Notes: generated by a model from the letters alone, not told the origin. 64,000 nucleotides of DNA from Methanobacteriota archaeon (GCA_012729095.1 JAAYDU010000027.1:1238-65237); one strand, 5' to 3'; positions 41,401 to 51,062 are shown, counted from the first letter of the stretch. Made by a program: numbers and translations.

Positions 41401-42000
41401 CAAGATTATTGCTATTCGGTCGATGTTGTCCTGGGCTGAACGCTTCTCGCCCTCTGCCTTGATTATCTCCTCGTCGAACTTGGCGATGCCGGAGATCTCG
41501 TCAAGCACCCTCCGGCGGTCCAAGGTGGACATCTCCACGATGCGGGTCACGTCGCCCTGCTGGACAAGGTTATAGCCGTCCGCACTGATGCGGGCGCTGG
41601 CCAGCAGGTAATCGAACTCGGACAGCGTGGACTTGCGGTCGTTGACGTAGAAATAGGAATTGTAACCCTCGCCTGAATCGGACAGCTTGACATACCTGGT
41701 CAGCTTCACTATGTTCTCATCGAGCGGGATGGTCCGGTCGGCGTTGTCGAACACCAGGGAGACCCGGGTGTGGTTGGCCGGGGATTTGGAATTGCCCCCG
41801 TTGAATATGAGATCGGTCAGCTTGCCGGCCCTGATGGCTTTGGAGCTCTTCGGCCCCAGGACGAAAAGTATGGCGTCGGATATGTTGGACTTGCCTGACC
41901 CGTTGGGCCCGGTGACGGCAGTGAACCCGCTGAGCATGGGGATGGTCAGCTTCTTGCCGAAGGACTTGAAGTTCTCTACCTCTATCTGCTTTAAGTACAT
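38398..42000 (-). CDS. smc: SMC chromosome condensation ATPase
   Basis: 1200 aa. Walker A GPNGSGKSN, long coiled coils, a hinge (GTIAELADVDPKYEVALNIAAGGRMQSIVV), signature LSGGEKSLTALAF and Walker B FYLLDEVD. Confidence 0.95.
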   Translation of the reverse strand: MYLKQIEVENFKSFGKKLTIPMLSGFTAVTGPNGSGKSNISDAILFVLGPKSSKAIRAGKLTDLIFNGGNSKSPANHTRVSLVFDNADRTIPLDENIVKLTRYVKLSDSGEGYNSYFYVNDRKSTLSEFDYLLASARISADGYNLVQQGDVTRIVEMSTLDRRRVLDEISGIAKFDEEIIKAEGEKRSAQDNIDRIAIILGELDKQIRQLEQERGAALKYLEMRDRLALAKARMAHKRKEGTEAEIKGIGEQIASYSKDIEALKVRRGELEAQIRSIEDLYLKKEAELQAKGGAEFAELKEKMDGLRVEVARSADQKERSSDQAAELKEGLKALLEERDEILKAKEAQGSALRSAGTELKDLEDKVKRLLNDEAKLKDELSSYDSELSSLEKKIKEQDQRIRGSTEALHAKRLEKEKLERLAQDLLSELEGIRQEKESAEFEVKDLDWRVREMGKEGRDTSGSMKSLQEQFHSKKNREGQLARMANELEQAVRNLTREYNHLKAEEEAAVNVARGYNRAVRALLEARDRGEMKGIHGTIAELADVDPKYEVALNIAAGGRMQSIVVDDDQVASDAIQFLKGRELGRATFLPLNKMLDGRPRGKAMMAEREAAGFAIDLISFDAKYRAAFWYVFGDTVVVNTLQEARRLMGGVRLVTVNGELIEASGAMVGGTVEGSKVRFGAGKGKADEIAEELRKATEQADKVSAELVAIRQEIADIDSRIREISGADRGKGIELEGLQKQLVEQKAKLKRATDSAAAKQAERERAVSQAAELGLTVTRYDDELNKLKEEREFNSHRLLEIAPAELSQRLRDVQSSIVGCSQKLSEKRGEHEAMRLQAVERERRLNEMAATEGQQQERLRQLESQGQAAAEKESRLRIELAALKRIEDSMGKEITSLRDEKERLLGQKGQAQADREKVLVKLETSNDFLIGLGTKKAMAEERLKEIIQEIAQQNLEVSYPLPPLDDIRSEMVLCENALSGMGAVNLRAIEDYDEKKARHVELRAETKRLEDQRDQLVALTDQLNERKKVNLVKVFDTVNANFRRVYAELSGGGEAELLLENPQEPFQGGLVIKARPRNGKVLRLEALSGGEKSLTALAFIFALQEWQPSPFYLLDEVDMFLDAVNAEMVANRVKKSSATAQFVQISLRKVTLNKADHIIGVTKPAGGISNVIFKPNIGDFSELEKEIGLPEEKARRDGE

Positions 42001-42276
42001 GCCACACTACCTGAAGGGTGCGAAGGTGCTCTATCCCACTCGCCTTCGCTCGAGTGCATCCCATCCCGAGTCCGACAGCTGTCGGACGTTTAATGTATAT
42101 TATGCTGCGTATATATAATTTGTTCCCGCAATAATGATGTCCAGTGAACAATAATCCAAGTCACGGCAGTGCCTCTTGGAGCACCATTGCACAGCTATCC
42201 CGGCACCGGAAGGAATGGTCCAGGCCAGGGACGGCATTCCATCCTTCTGTGTGACGTATCGTCTGACAGAATCCTT

Positions 42277-43167
42277 CTATCGCCCGCCGAACCATGACCG
42301 GGCCACGGCGTAGAGTCGCTCCTCGCGGAAGTACTTGCGGACCTCGGCGTCGTCTATCCTCTCCTCCCGGCCCACGAAGGCCCGGAAGAAGCCCAGGGGA
42401 AGCGCCAGCCCTTGGTAGTGCGGCCTGAAGCGAAGTCCGAAATAGACGGCCACGCTCAGTACCAGTAGCGGATGGTAGTCCAGGCGATACATGCCCCGGC
42501 CCCACTGGAAGTAGCCGCTCCACGCGCCCTCCTTGCTGAAGCCCAGCCTCCCCTCCTTGTAGCCGGTGGACGTCACCACCCTCTGCCTCCATCCTGCCTT
42601 GTGGGACCTCACCAGGAGCACCGTGTCCGGGGAAATGCTCACGGGGTACCCTCCCTGACCGACCAGGAACTCGCGCCTGTACACGCGGTTGTCGTTGAAG
42701 CCGATTATCTCGTCCCCTGACGGTTGCACGGGCACCCCTTTTCCCTTCGCGCCGGCGAAGGTCTCCACTCCGCACACAAGCGACAGCCCATCGTCCGAGT
42801 CCAGCTCCTCGGTCAGTTTTCGGAAGTAATCGGCATCCAGGTCCACTGTGGCGTCGATCTTGGACAAGTACTGGAATGGCCGGTCACCCTCCACCTCCAT
42901 TATCCTCTTCAGGCCATCGTTGACGCCCCGGGCGAAGTTCATATGCCCGTGCCCTGGGAAGTAGCTGGTCTGCGGAACCACCTCCACCCAGTCCAGGCCG
43001 GAGAAGGTTTCCTGGGCGGCCTCCAGGCTGCCGTCATCGCTGCGACCGACCACGATCACCCACAGGTCCGGACGCGTTTCCTGGCGCATGACCGTGTCCC
43101 GAAGAGGCGCCAGCTGGTCCCGCTCGTTGCGGATCGGAGTGATAAGCGCAAGCCTCCTTCCGCTCAT
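42277..43167 (-). CDS. Glycosyltransferase-like protein (GT-A fold, family 2-like)
   Basis: LALITPIRNERDQLAPLRDTVMRQ...LWVIVVGRSDDGSLE...SKIDATVDLDADYF resembles a GT2 N-terminal half with a DxD-like motif. Confidence 0.55.
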   Translation of the reverse strand: MSGRRLALITPIRNERDQLAPLRDTVMRQETRPDLWVIVVGRSDDGSLEAAQETFSGLDWVEVVPQTSYFPGHGHMNFARGVNDGLKRIMEVEGDRPFQYLSKIDATVDLDADYFRKLTEELDSDDGLSLVCGVETFAGAKGKGVPVQPSGDEIIGFNDNRVYRREFLVGQGGYPVSISPDTVLLVRSHKAGWRQRVVTSTGYKEGRLGFSKEGAWSGYFQWGRGMYRLDYHPLLVLSVAVYFGLRFRPHYQGLALPLGFFRAFVGREERIDDAEVRKYFREERLYAVARSWFGGR

Positions 43168-43254
43168 TTTACACCGCGCTTCCGATTGACCGCCTGGGTG
43201 ATATAGTTGTCGAGGCCAGGGAACCTTTATACCCTACAGGCGAATAAAGGTTGG

Positions 43255-44052
43255 ATGCTTGTATCCATTGTCCTCAAGGTCAGGAACGAGGAGGACAACA
43301 TATCCGACGCATTGGATTCCCTGGTCGTGCAAGAGGCCCCCGTCGAGATAATCATCGTGGACGGTTTCAGCACCGATCGCACGCAGGAGATCGTGAAGGA
43401 GTACGCGGCCAGGTACCCGTTCGTGCACCTTTATTCGGCGGGGGGCACCCGCGGGGACAGCCTGAACTTCGGCCTGCAGCAGGCCAAGGCGGACATAATC
43501 GCATTGACCGACGGGGATTGCATAGCCAACCCCAACTGGATCAAGGAGATCAGACGCTGCATAGTTGAGATGGGGGTGGACATGGTGGCCGGCAGGTCCA
43601 TCAACATCGGTCTCAACGCCTGGGAGAAGCTGGACCGGGTCGAGCTTTACAACAAGGGCTTCGATTGCACCTGGCCCGGCTGCAATCTCGCTTTCCGCAG
43701 GAAGGTGTTCGAGACCGTGGGCGGCGTGGACCCCTGGTTCGTGACCGCTGAGGACATAGACTTCAATCTGCGGGCCACCGACGCCGGGTACAACCTGGTG
43801 CACAACCCTCGCGCCATCGTATACAACCGCACCCGCGGCACATTTTACGGCTTCTGCCACCAGGCGTTCTGGAACGGGGCGGGAAGGAAGCAGCTGACCA
43901 TGAAGCACGGTGTGCTGTGGGAGCGGTACGATCCCCTGAGGATGTTCCGCCAGCGGATGACCTTCTGGGCAATGGTCAGGCTCGGCTTCGCCTGGCTGGG
44001 CTACTTCGGATACAAGTTCTTTGGGGAGAGGCCTGCGTCTCAGGCCCCCTGA
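43255..44052 (+). CDS. Glycosyltransferase family 2
   Basis: Carries VSIVLKVRNEEDNI...IIIVDGFSTDRT...ALTDGDCI. The start is taken at the ATG at 43255; the track uses a TTG at 43207. Confidence 0.75.
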   Translation: MLVSIVLKVRNEEDNISDALDSLVVQEAPVEIIIVDGFSTDRTQEIVKEYAARYPFVHLYSAGGTRGDSLNFGLQQAKADIIALTDGDCIANPNWIKEIRRCIVEMGVDMVAGRSINIGLNAWEKLDRVELYNKGFDCTWPGCNLAFRRKVFETVGGVDPWFVTAEDIDFNLRATDAGYNLVHNPRAIVYNRTRGTFYGFCHQAFWNGAGRKQLTMKHGVLWERYDPLRMFRQRMTFWAMVRLGFAWLGYFGYKFFGERPASQAP

Positions 44053-44096
44053 AAGCATTATTAGCCAGGTCTGTCTATTACCTCGGAGGCGGGAAC

Positions 44097-44771
44097 TTGC
44101 AGCTGAGCGTCATCATCCCCACCATGAACGAAGAGGAGTCCATTGGCCAGGTCATAGACAGCGTGCACCAGGCCCTGCATGGCTGGGACTACGAGATCTT
44201 GGTGGTGGACACCAACTCCAAGGACCGTACTAAGGAGATAGCCGCCGAGAAGGGAGCGGTGGTGATAGAGGAACCGCGCCGCGGCTACGGACGGGCCTAC
44301 AAGACCGGGTTCGAGAGGTCCAAGGGGGACGTCATAGCCACGTTGGACGCGGATTGCACCTACCCGGCAGAGGATATCCCGGCCCTGCACGGCATGCTGA
44401 TGGACCAGGACCTGGAGTTCATAACCACCAACCGCTTCGCTCGCCTGGAGGATGGCGCCATGACCGCCAAGCACCGCCTGGGCAACTTCGCCCTGACCTT
44501 CACCTCCAACCTGTTCTTTGGGGTGCGGATAAAGGACTCGCAGAGCGGGATGTGGGTGTTCCGCCGCAGCATACTGGACCGGCTGGTCCTCAGCGATGAC
44601 GGCATGCCGTTGTCCGAGGAGATCAAGATCGAGGCGTTCCGCAAGGTCCGCAGTTCGGAGGTTCCCATCACCTACCGCCGGAGGGTGGGAGATGTCAAGC
44701 TGTCCAGCTGGAAGGACGGCTGGAAGAACATGAAGTTCCTTTTCAAGAAGCGCTTCCGGCGTCAGAGGTAG
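44097..44771 (+). CDS. Glycosyltransferase family 2, dolichyl-phosphate mannosyl/glucosyl-transferase-like
   Basis: Carries LSVIIPTMNEEESIGQVI...ILVVDTNSKDRT...TLDADCTYP. A TTG start at 44097 is preceded by GGAGGCGGGA. The upstream part of the track ORF overlaps the previous gene. Confidence 0.8.
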   Translation: MQLSVIIPTMNEEESIGQVIDSVHQALHGWDYEILVVDTNSKDRTKEIAAEKGAVVIEEPRRGYGRAYKTGFERSKGDVIATLDADCTYPAEDIPALHGMLMDQDLEFITTNRFARLEDGAMTAKHRLGNFALTFTSNLFFGVRIKDSQSGMWVFRRSILDRLVLSDDGMPLSEEIKIEAFRKVRSSEVPITYRRRVGDVKLSSWKDGWKNMKFLFKKRFRRQR

Positions 44772-45289
44772 GACGCTGCCATTTTCAGGGCGTTCCTGAG
44801 CACGTCCTTGGCCGCCGGGCGGTATATGCAGGCCGAGGGATGATATGTCACCACTATCGTTACGTTCCCGTGACCAAGGTCGGCCTGCACCGGCCGGTTG
44901 CAGACTTCCTTCATGACCATCTTCTTGCCGAGCAGGTCCTCGGCGGCGCTCAAACCCAGGGCCAGTATGAAACGCTTACCCTTGAGCTCCTCCTGCAGGA
45001 AGGGGCGGCAGGCGGCCATCTCCTCCGCCTTGGGCCGCCGGTTCCCGGGCGGACGGCATTTCACGGTGTTGGTTATCATCACCTTGCCCCTGTCCAGCCC
45101 GGCCTCCGCCATCAGCCCGTTCAGGATCTTTCCGGCCCTTCCCACGAAGGGGACGCCCTCGAGGTCCTCCTTGGCGCCAGGGGCCTCCCCCACCAAGACC
45201 ACGTACGAATCCAGATGACCGCAGGGAAGGACTATGTTGTTGCGCCCGTCCCCCAGCCGGCAGCGACGGCAGTCCTCATCGGGAGGCAT
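44762..45289 (-). CDS. Uracil-DNA glycosylase, family 4
   Basis: Carries CRRCRL...VLVGEAPGAKEDLEGVPFVGRAGKIL...HPS. Confidence 0.85.
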   Translation of the reverse strand: MPPDEDCRRCRLGDGRNNIVLPCGHLDSYVVLVGEAPGAKEDLEGVPFVGRAGKILNGLMAEAGLDRGKVMITNTVKCRPPGNRRPKAEEMAACRPFLQEELKGKRFILALGLSAAEDLLGKKMVMKEVCNRPVQADLGHGNVTIVVTYHPSACIYRPAAKDVLRNALKMAASYL

Positions 45290-45814
45290 TCATCTCCCCA
45301 GTATCCTGCTGGCGGATATGAGCGCCCTCATCTCCACGTCCAGCTCGCGCAGGGCCTCCCTGCCGCCCTCCTCCCGGTCCACCACGGACATGACCGTTCC
45401 GACGTCGGCTCCGGCATGCCGTAGCGTTTCCACCGCGTAAACGGCAGAGCCGGCGGAGGTTATGACGTCCTCCACCACCAGCACCTTTTCCCCAGGGTTC
45501 AGCTGCCCCTCGATCAGCTTGCCAGTGCCATGGTCCTTCTTCTCCTTGCGCACCATGACGAAAGGTATGCCAGTGCGCAGGGAGAGGGCCACCGCCAAAG
45601 GGACCGAGCCGAGCGCGACCCCGGCCACTCGCTGGAAGCCTTCCCCCTCTATCTCCTTGGCCATCTGATCGGCGATGAGCCCTAGCACCTTGGGGTCCGT
45701 CGTGGCGCGCTTTATGTCCACGTAGTATTCGCTCTTCTTGCCCGAGGCCAGGGTGAAGTCCCCGTGGAGGATCGCGCCGCATCCTTCCAGCACCTTCTTC
45801 AGTTCGTCGCTCAT
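45290..45814 (-). CDS. pyrE: Orotate phosphoribosyltransferase
   Basis: Carries FTLASGKKSEYYVD and the PRPP loop VLVVEDVITSAGS. Confidence 0.9.
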   Translation of the reverse strand: MSDELKKVLEGCGAILHGDFTLASGKKSEYYVDIKRATTDPKVLGLIADQMAKEIEGEGFQRVAGVALGSVPLAVALSLRTGIPFVMVRKEKKDHGTGKLIEGQLNPGEKVLVVEDVITSAGSAVYAVETLRHAGADVGTVMSVVDREEGGREALRELDVEMRALISASRILGR

Positions 45815-45818
45815 GTGA

Positions 45819-46382
45819 TCACCAGGGGACCTTCTTCAGTCCCATCTTGTACCCGATTATGTTCACCCCGCGGTGGATCATGGGGGTCATTATCAGCACC
45901 GCCAGCAAGGACACCCAACCGTCCCCGTTCCAGAAGTTGCCGAAGAACCAGTCCGGGAAGAACAGTATGGCAAGCAGGAAGGAGGTCAGCAGGAAGCCGT
46001 ACTGGTCCATCATTGGCGCCTTGCCACCCCTTCCTATCTCCAGCCGGCGTTTGATGAAGGAGCCTATCATGTCCCCCAGCAGGGAACCGACGGCCAGCAC
46101 CACTATCACTCCCAGGTTCTCGGGGAACCCGCCGAAGCCGAAGTAGTCCAGGCGGTCGAAGGGGAACGCCACGTACAGCTGTACTATGCCCAGGGATATC
46201 CCGGCGCTTATTCCCCCTATGAGACCGCGCCAGGTCTTGCCGTCGCCCAGCACGCGCTTTCCGTTCCAGGAACGCCCGAGGTCCACTGGCGTTCCCCCGC
46301 CGAATATGGTGGCGGCCGAGTTCGGGACCATCGATGGGATGACCAGCCAGAATCCCACGAGGACCAGCAGGGGGACGTCCAT
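45819..46382 (-). CDS. carS: CDP-archaeol synthase
   Basis: 187-aa polytopic membrane protein. PVDLGRSWNGKRVLGDGKTWRGLIGG is typical of the CarS (DUF46) family. Confidence 0.8.
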   Translation of the reverse strand: MDVPLLVLVGFWLVIPSMVPNSAATIFGGGTPVDLGRSWNGKRVLGDGKTWRGLIGGISAGISLGIVQLYVAFPFDRLDYFGFGGFPENLGVIVVLAVGSLLGDMIGSFIKRRLEIGRGGKAPMMDQYGFLLTSFLLAILFFPDWFFGNFWNGDGWVSLLAVLIMTPMIHRGVNIIGYKMGLKKVPW

Positions 46383-46416
46383 GGGCGCGAATCCCTATGG
46401 CCGGTTATGAACCTTT

Positions 46417-48315
46417 CTACCTCCCTCGCTCGCGGAAGAAGGCCTGGATGTCCTGCAAGGGATGTTCGGTCCGCACCAGGTCCAACCGGTCTGCGAACTG
46501 TGTGACGCGCCGGTCTAGCACCAGCGCCGCGCCCACATCCTCCTCCGTCCTGATGAGGCGGCCTATGGACTGCTGCAGCTTGCGTATGGCCGGTCCCTTG
46601 ACCGTGTAGTCCCAGCCCTTGCGGAACTTCAGTTCGAAATAGTGCATGAGGGCGCGCTGCTTGGCGGTCGGCCGGGGGTACGGTATACCTATCACAACGG
46701 CCAGTTCCAGCTCCTGGTCCGGGAAGTCTATCCCCTCGCTGATGCGCCCGCCCATCACCGCGAACAGCACCTGGCCGTCATCCACCGACCTTTTGAATTG
46801 GGTCACCACGTCCATCAGCTCGAGCTGGGCCATGCCCCTCTCCTCCAGGTACACCTTGCGGGAGATGCGCCTTGAAACACCGTCGTCCAGGAAGCGGTCC
46901 ATCAGCGCGTAGGAGGGGAAGAACACGACGGTGTTCCGTTTGACCCCGTTGCACACCTGGACCACGTGGTCCTCCATCACCCCCACCATGTCCGGGGAGG
47001 ACTGCATCTCCTCGTACTTGGTGGAGACGTCCTCCACATAGAACACCTTCCGGTTCTCTTTGGGGAAGGGGGAGGGGAAGGTCACCGTGGCCGTCCCGTA
47101 CGGCAGCCCTATGGAATCCCTGTACTCGTTCAGGGGCACCAAGGTGCCGGACATGTGCACGCTGCCGCCGCAGTTCAGCAGGACGGAGGTGGTCACCACC
47201 GGGTCGATGCAGTAGGCCTTCAGGCAGGGATTCTCCCCGCCGACCACCAGCTTGACGAAGCACTCCTCGTCCAGGGTAGACCAGTAAGACAGGAAGGCCC
47301 CCAGGGAGAACGTGTACGAACGGGGAAGGCGCCCCTGGGCGAATCGCGATTCACGGATGATCTCCCCCTGCTCCATGATCAGCTTGGCCATGGCCTGCAG
47401 GGAACGGGAGCTGCAGGTGAAGGCGGACATGAGCCCCTCCTCCACGAAAGAGGGGGGGATGAGGCCGTCCTCGTCGATCAGGTAATCGCTCAGGGCCTCC
47501 TCGAGCAGCTTGGAGCACTCCCCCCGCACGTCGTTCAGGCTGACCCCCTTCTCCACCTCCGGGTCCCCGTACTCCTCGACCTCCTTGAGCACCGCCTCCA
47601 GTATGTAGCGGGAGAGCTGGAAGCTCTCGATCTCCCTCGTGTAATCGGGGAGGTTGTGCGCCTCGTCCACGATGAGCAACACGTCCTCAAGCGGACAGTC
47701 CATCCAGTCCAGCAGCGAGTTGCGGATGTAGGGTACGAAGAAGTAGGCATAGGGGGCCGCCACCACCCTGGCCTCTCGCGCAAGCTCCTTCATCACCTCG
47801 TGGGGGCATATGTTCAGGGAGTCGCAGTGATCGATGAGCTCCTCGGCCGTGGGAAGCGTGCGCTTGCAGTGGTCGATGAACTGGTCCATGTCCAGGTCCC
47901 GAAGCCCCTTGAAAAAACGGCAACCTCCCGGGCGGTCCTCCAAAACCCTGCGGCGCTTGTCCCGGCATATCTTGGAAAGCTCCTCGGGTGTCCCGGCGCT
48001 CATTTCCTTGTCCCTCCGGACCAGGGGGCAGGTGCCCCGCCTGCCCTGCAGCGCCACGCCGAACACCGGTGTCTTTTCGTTGATCCTTCTGAGCTCCAGG
48101 ATGACCTGCTTCTCCTGGGAGTTGGTGCGGGTGAGATAAAGGACCTTCTTGCCCGTGGCCAAGGCGGCCTCCAAAGCTCCTGAGAGGGCGCAGACCGTCT
48201 TGCCGCTCCCCGTGCCGCTCTCCAGCACCAGGTGCCCCCTGTCGCGCATCGTGCCTTCGACGATGCGCACGAAATCCATCTGATTGGGGCGGGGGGGATA
48301 GGGGAAGAGCTCCAC
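46417..48315 (-). CDS. xpd: XPD/Rad3-type Fe-S DNA helicase
   Basis: Carries Walker A ESGTGSGKT, DEAH VDEAHNL, four Cys of the Fe-S domain (GTCPLV, KICRD, GGCRFF, NICPHE) and helicase motifs V/VI. Confidence 0.85.
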   Translation of the reverse strand: MELFPYPPRPNQMDFVRIVEGTMRDRGHLVLESGTGSGKTVCALSGALEAALATGKKVLYLTRTNSQEKQVILELRRINEKTPVFGVALQGRRGTCPLVRRDKEMSAGTPEELSKICRDKRRRVLEDRPGGCRFFKGLRDLDMDQFIDHCKRTLPTAEELIDHCDSLNICPHEVMKELAREARVVAAPYAYFFVPYIRNSLLDWMDCPLEDVLLIVDEAHNLPDYTREIESFQLSRYILEAVLKEVEEYGDPEVEKGVSLNDVRGECSKLLEEALSDYLIDEDGLIPPSFVEEGLMSAFTCSSRSLQAMAKLIMEQGEIIRESRFAQGRLPRSYTFSLGAFLSYWSTLDEECFVKLVVGGENPCLKAYCIDPVVTTSVLLNCGGSVHMSGTLVPLNEYRDSIGLPYGTATVTFPSPFPKENRKVFYVEDVSTKYEEMQSSPDMVGVMEDHVVQVCNGVKRNTVVFFPSYALMDRFLDDGVSRRISRKVYLEERGMAQLELMDVVTQFKRSVDDGQVLFAVMGGRISEGIDFPDQELELAVVIGIPYPRPTAKQRALMHYFELKFRKGWDYTVKGPAIRKLQQSIGRLIRTEEDVGAALVLDRRVTQFADRLDLVRTEHPLQDIQAFFRERGR

Positions 48316-48386
48316 GACTTGTCAGAACTGAACGCCAATAAAAATTGTTGCCTTGGGCCCGTTGAAAGTGGGGCCCTGCGCGCGGA

Positions 48387-48935
48387 TCAGTTCGATCTCT
48401 GCCAGGCCGTTGGATCGGCGTAGCAGTCGTACGCGTCCATCTCGCAGCTGCCCTCGCTGCCGTAGCTGTTTATCAGCTGGTATATGCGTTCCTTGCGGAA
48501 AAGCCAGTAATGAATGCGCCACTCCCTGCCGTCGTACAGGGTGGTCTCCTCGCGCTCGGTGGTCAGTATGCCGGTGTCCTCCAGCTGATAGAAGGCGTCC
48601 CGGTCCTCTGGCTCCAGAATGTTGTCGATTATCCTTTCGCTGTAACCGAAGAAGTTCATGACGTGCTGGGCCATCCTTCTGGCCTGCTCGTCCGGAAGAC
48701 CGTCCCGGTCGATGCCGTTCTTGATTGCCTGGGTAAGGTCATCCACGGTCAAGGTCGTACATTTTCCATCAAAACATATCTCAAAAGAAGCTTCCACACC
48801 CTTTCCCCCGTTTCCTCCCAAACCATCCAAACCGTTGGAGCTCACCTCTTCGATGATTGCATAGGGAACGGACTTTCTTGCCCCCTTGACCTCCAATGGA
48901 AAAGATCGAGATTTATCCTTGTTGACGCTCTTCAT
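48387..48935 (-). CDS. Hypothetical protein
   Basis: 182 aa with plausible codon structure (…TTLYDGREWRIHYWLFRKERIYQLI…). Its 5' third is visibly more A/T-rich than the surroundings. No family was recognised. Confidence 0.5.
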   Translation of the reverse strand: MKSVNKDKSRSFPLEVKGARKSVPYAIIEEVSSNGLDGLGGNGGKGVEASFEICFDGKCTTLTVDDLTQAIKNGIDRDGLPDEQARRMAQHVMNFFGYSERIIDNILEPEDRDAFYQLEDTGILTTEREETTLYDGREWRIHYWLFRKERIYQLINSYGSEGSCEMDAYDCYADPTAWQRSN

Positions 48936-49138
48936 TCAGAAATCCCTCATTGTATGCAAGATAGAATGCAATTAGACTTTTCTCACTCTTTACACCCTAT
49001 TTATACTTATTGAAATCTGCTCAATTTCGGAAAATGAATGGCACGCGCCCTGGAATTTAATAATTATTTCATGATATATAATTCATGGAGGATAAAGTAC
49101 TTGACCCAGGAGATCGAATTCGAAGAAGGGTGTGTTGA

Positions 49139-49432
49139 TTGATCGCAGAGTTCTCGATCGTACCGGTGGGCGAGGGGCTGAGCCTCGGCCGTTTTGTGGC
49201 GGAATGCCTCAGGATCGTGGAGGGAAGCGGGCTGAAGCATCAGCTGACACCGATGGGCACCATACTCGAGGGGGACGGGGAGAAGGTCATGGCCACCATC
49301 ATGGCCTGCCATTCGCGTGTGCTGCAGATGGGCGAGAGGGTGGTGACAAGCATAAAGATCGATGACCGTAGGGACCGGCCGGCGGATATGGACCGCAAGG
49401 TGCGTAGCGTTGAGGAGAGATTAAGAAAGTAA
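49139..49432 (+). CDS. MTH1187/YkoF-family (DUF77) small ligand-binding protein
   Basis: 97 aa. MIAEFSIVPVGEG...LKHQLTPMGTILEGD...SIKIDDRRD. TTG start. Confidence 0.75.
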   Translation: MIAEFSIVPVGEGLSLGRFVAECLRIVEGSGLKHQLTPMGTILEGDGEKVMATIMACHSRVLQMGERVVTSIKIDDRRDRPADMDRKVRSVEERLRK

Positions 49433-49454
49433 AAAGAGAAGGCGTTTCCCGGGC

Positions 49455-51062
49455 TCAGATGTTCATGTACTCCCGGGTGCGCATGTGGCTCAGCACTATG
49501 GAGCGGGCGTCGTGGAAGTTCGGCAGCGCGCGGAACTCCGCCACAACCGCCTTCCCGACATCCTGGTCCACGGAGATGAGCATGAGGGCGTCGCCTCCCT
49601 TGTCGGCCCGTCCCACGCCCATGCGGGCGATGTTGATGTCCCTCTTGCCGAGCAAGGTCCCGATCTTCCCGATCATGCCTGGCATGTCATGGTGCTTGGT
49701 GAGCAGGAAGTCGCCCTCCAAAGGCATGTCCAGATCGAACTCGTCGACCCCTATGATGCGGAACTGGTCGGACGGGTACACCGTGCCCCTGACCTCGGCC
49801 TTGTGCTTGTCGGATGAGATACGGAGCACCAGCATGTTGGTGTAATGGCTGCTCTCGTCCACCTTGGTCTCCACTATCTGGATGCCCTTCTCGCGGGCTA
49901 TGCTGCTGGCGTTGATGATGTTGGTGTTCTGCCCGACCATTATGGAGAGCACGCCGACTATGGCGGAGACGGTCACCATGCGGGTGTCCAGGTTGGCTAT
50001 CTCGCCGTGGCACTCCACCTCGATCTTCTTGACCGGCCCGTCGGACAGCTGAACGCAGAAGGCGCCCAGTCGCTCGGCCAGCCCGATGAACGGGGCGACC
50101 TTGGGGTCGACGCGGCTGATCGGAACGTTGACGGCGTTGGTGATCTTGTTGTCCACCAGGAACATCTTCACGTGCTCGGCCATCTCGATGGAGACCTTCT
50201 CCTGGGCCTCCTTGGTGGAAGCGCCCAGGTGCGGCGTGGCCACCAGGTTGTCGAGGGTCAGCAGGTTGGAGCCCTTGGGCGGCTCGCTCTCGAACACGTC
50301 AAGGGCGGCCCCGGCTATGCTCCTCTCCTTCAGCGCCTCGTACAGGGCGTCCTCGTCGATTATGCCGCCGCGGGCGCAGTTGACTATGAGGGCGGAAGGT
50401 TTCAGCATGGCCAGCTGCTCCTTTCCGATGAGATGATGGGTGGTCGGCGTCAACGGGGTGTGTATGGTTATGAAGTCTGCCTCCTTCAGGACCTCGTCCA
50501 AAGGCAGTATCCTAACGCCCAGCTTCACGGCCAGCTCCTGGGAGATGTAAGGGTCGTAACCTACCAGTTTCATCTGGAAGGACTTGGCCCTCTTGGCCAC
50601 CTCGCCTCCCACTCGGCCTATGCCCACTATGCCCAGGGTCTTGCCCATCAGCTCCACGCCGGTGAACTTGCTCCTCTCCCACTTCCCCGACTTGACTGAG
50701 GCGTCGGCGCGGGGAATGTTCCTTGCCAGCGTCAACATCATGGCCATGGTGTGCTCCGCCGCGGAGATTATGTTCGCGGAGGGCGTGTTCATGACCAGCA
50801 CGCCGCGGCGGGTGGCGGCGTCCACGTCAACGTTGTCCACGCCGACGCCGGCCCTGCCGACCACGCGCAGCCTCTTCCCGGCCTCGATCACATCGGCGGT
50901 GACCTTGGTGCCGCTGCGGACAATAAGCCCCTCGTACTCCCCTATGATCTTGAGAAGATCCTCGTGAGGGATCTTCGGCTTCACGTCGACCTGGACCCCT
51001 GAGTCCCTGGTCAGCATCTCCAGGCCTTCCTGGGACAGTTCATCGGTTACCAAGAGCTTCAT
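49455..51062 (-). CDS. serA: D-3-phosphoglycerate dehydrogenase (with ACT domain)
   Basis: 535 aa. NAD loop GIVGIGRVGGEVA, catalytic region NCARGGIIDE...TPHLGAST, and a C-terminal ACT domain. Confidence 0.9.
   Translation of the reverse strand: MKLLVTDELSQEGLEMLTRDSGVQVDVKPKIPHEDLLKIIGEYEGLIVRSGTKVTADVIEAGKRLRVVGRAGVGVDNVDVDAATRRGVLVMNTPSANIISAAEHTMAMMLTLARNIPRADASVKSGKWERSKFTGVELMGKTLGIVGIGRVGGEVAKRAKSFQMKLVGYDPYISQELAVKLGVRILPLDEVLKEADFITIHTPLTPTTHHLIGKEQLAMLKPSALIVNCARGGIIDEDALYEALKERSIAGAALDVFESEPPKGSNLLTLDNLVATPHLGASTKEAQEKVSIEMAEHVKMFLVDNKITNAVNVPISRVDPKVAPFIGLAERLGAFCVQLSDGPVKKIEVECHGEIANLDTRMVTVSAIVGVLSIMVGQNTNIINASSIAREKGIQIVETKVDESSHYTNMLVLRISSDKHKAEVRGTVYPSDQFRIIGVDEFDLDMPLEGDFLLTKHHDMPGMIGKIGTLLGKRDINIARMGVGRADKGGDALMLISVDQDVGKAVVAEFRALPNFHDARSIVLSHMRTREYMNI

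Noticed and set aside
42001-42276. 276-nt gap upstream of smc as a possible ncRNA locus (imperfect GGAAGGAATGG / CATTCCATCCTTC pairing).
   Set aside because: The pairing is imperfect and short. The A/T-rich half is adequately explained as the smc promoter. No C/D-box or other RNA signature was found.
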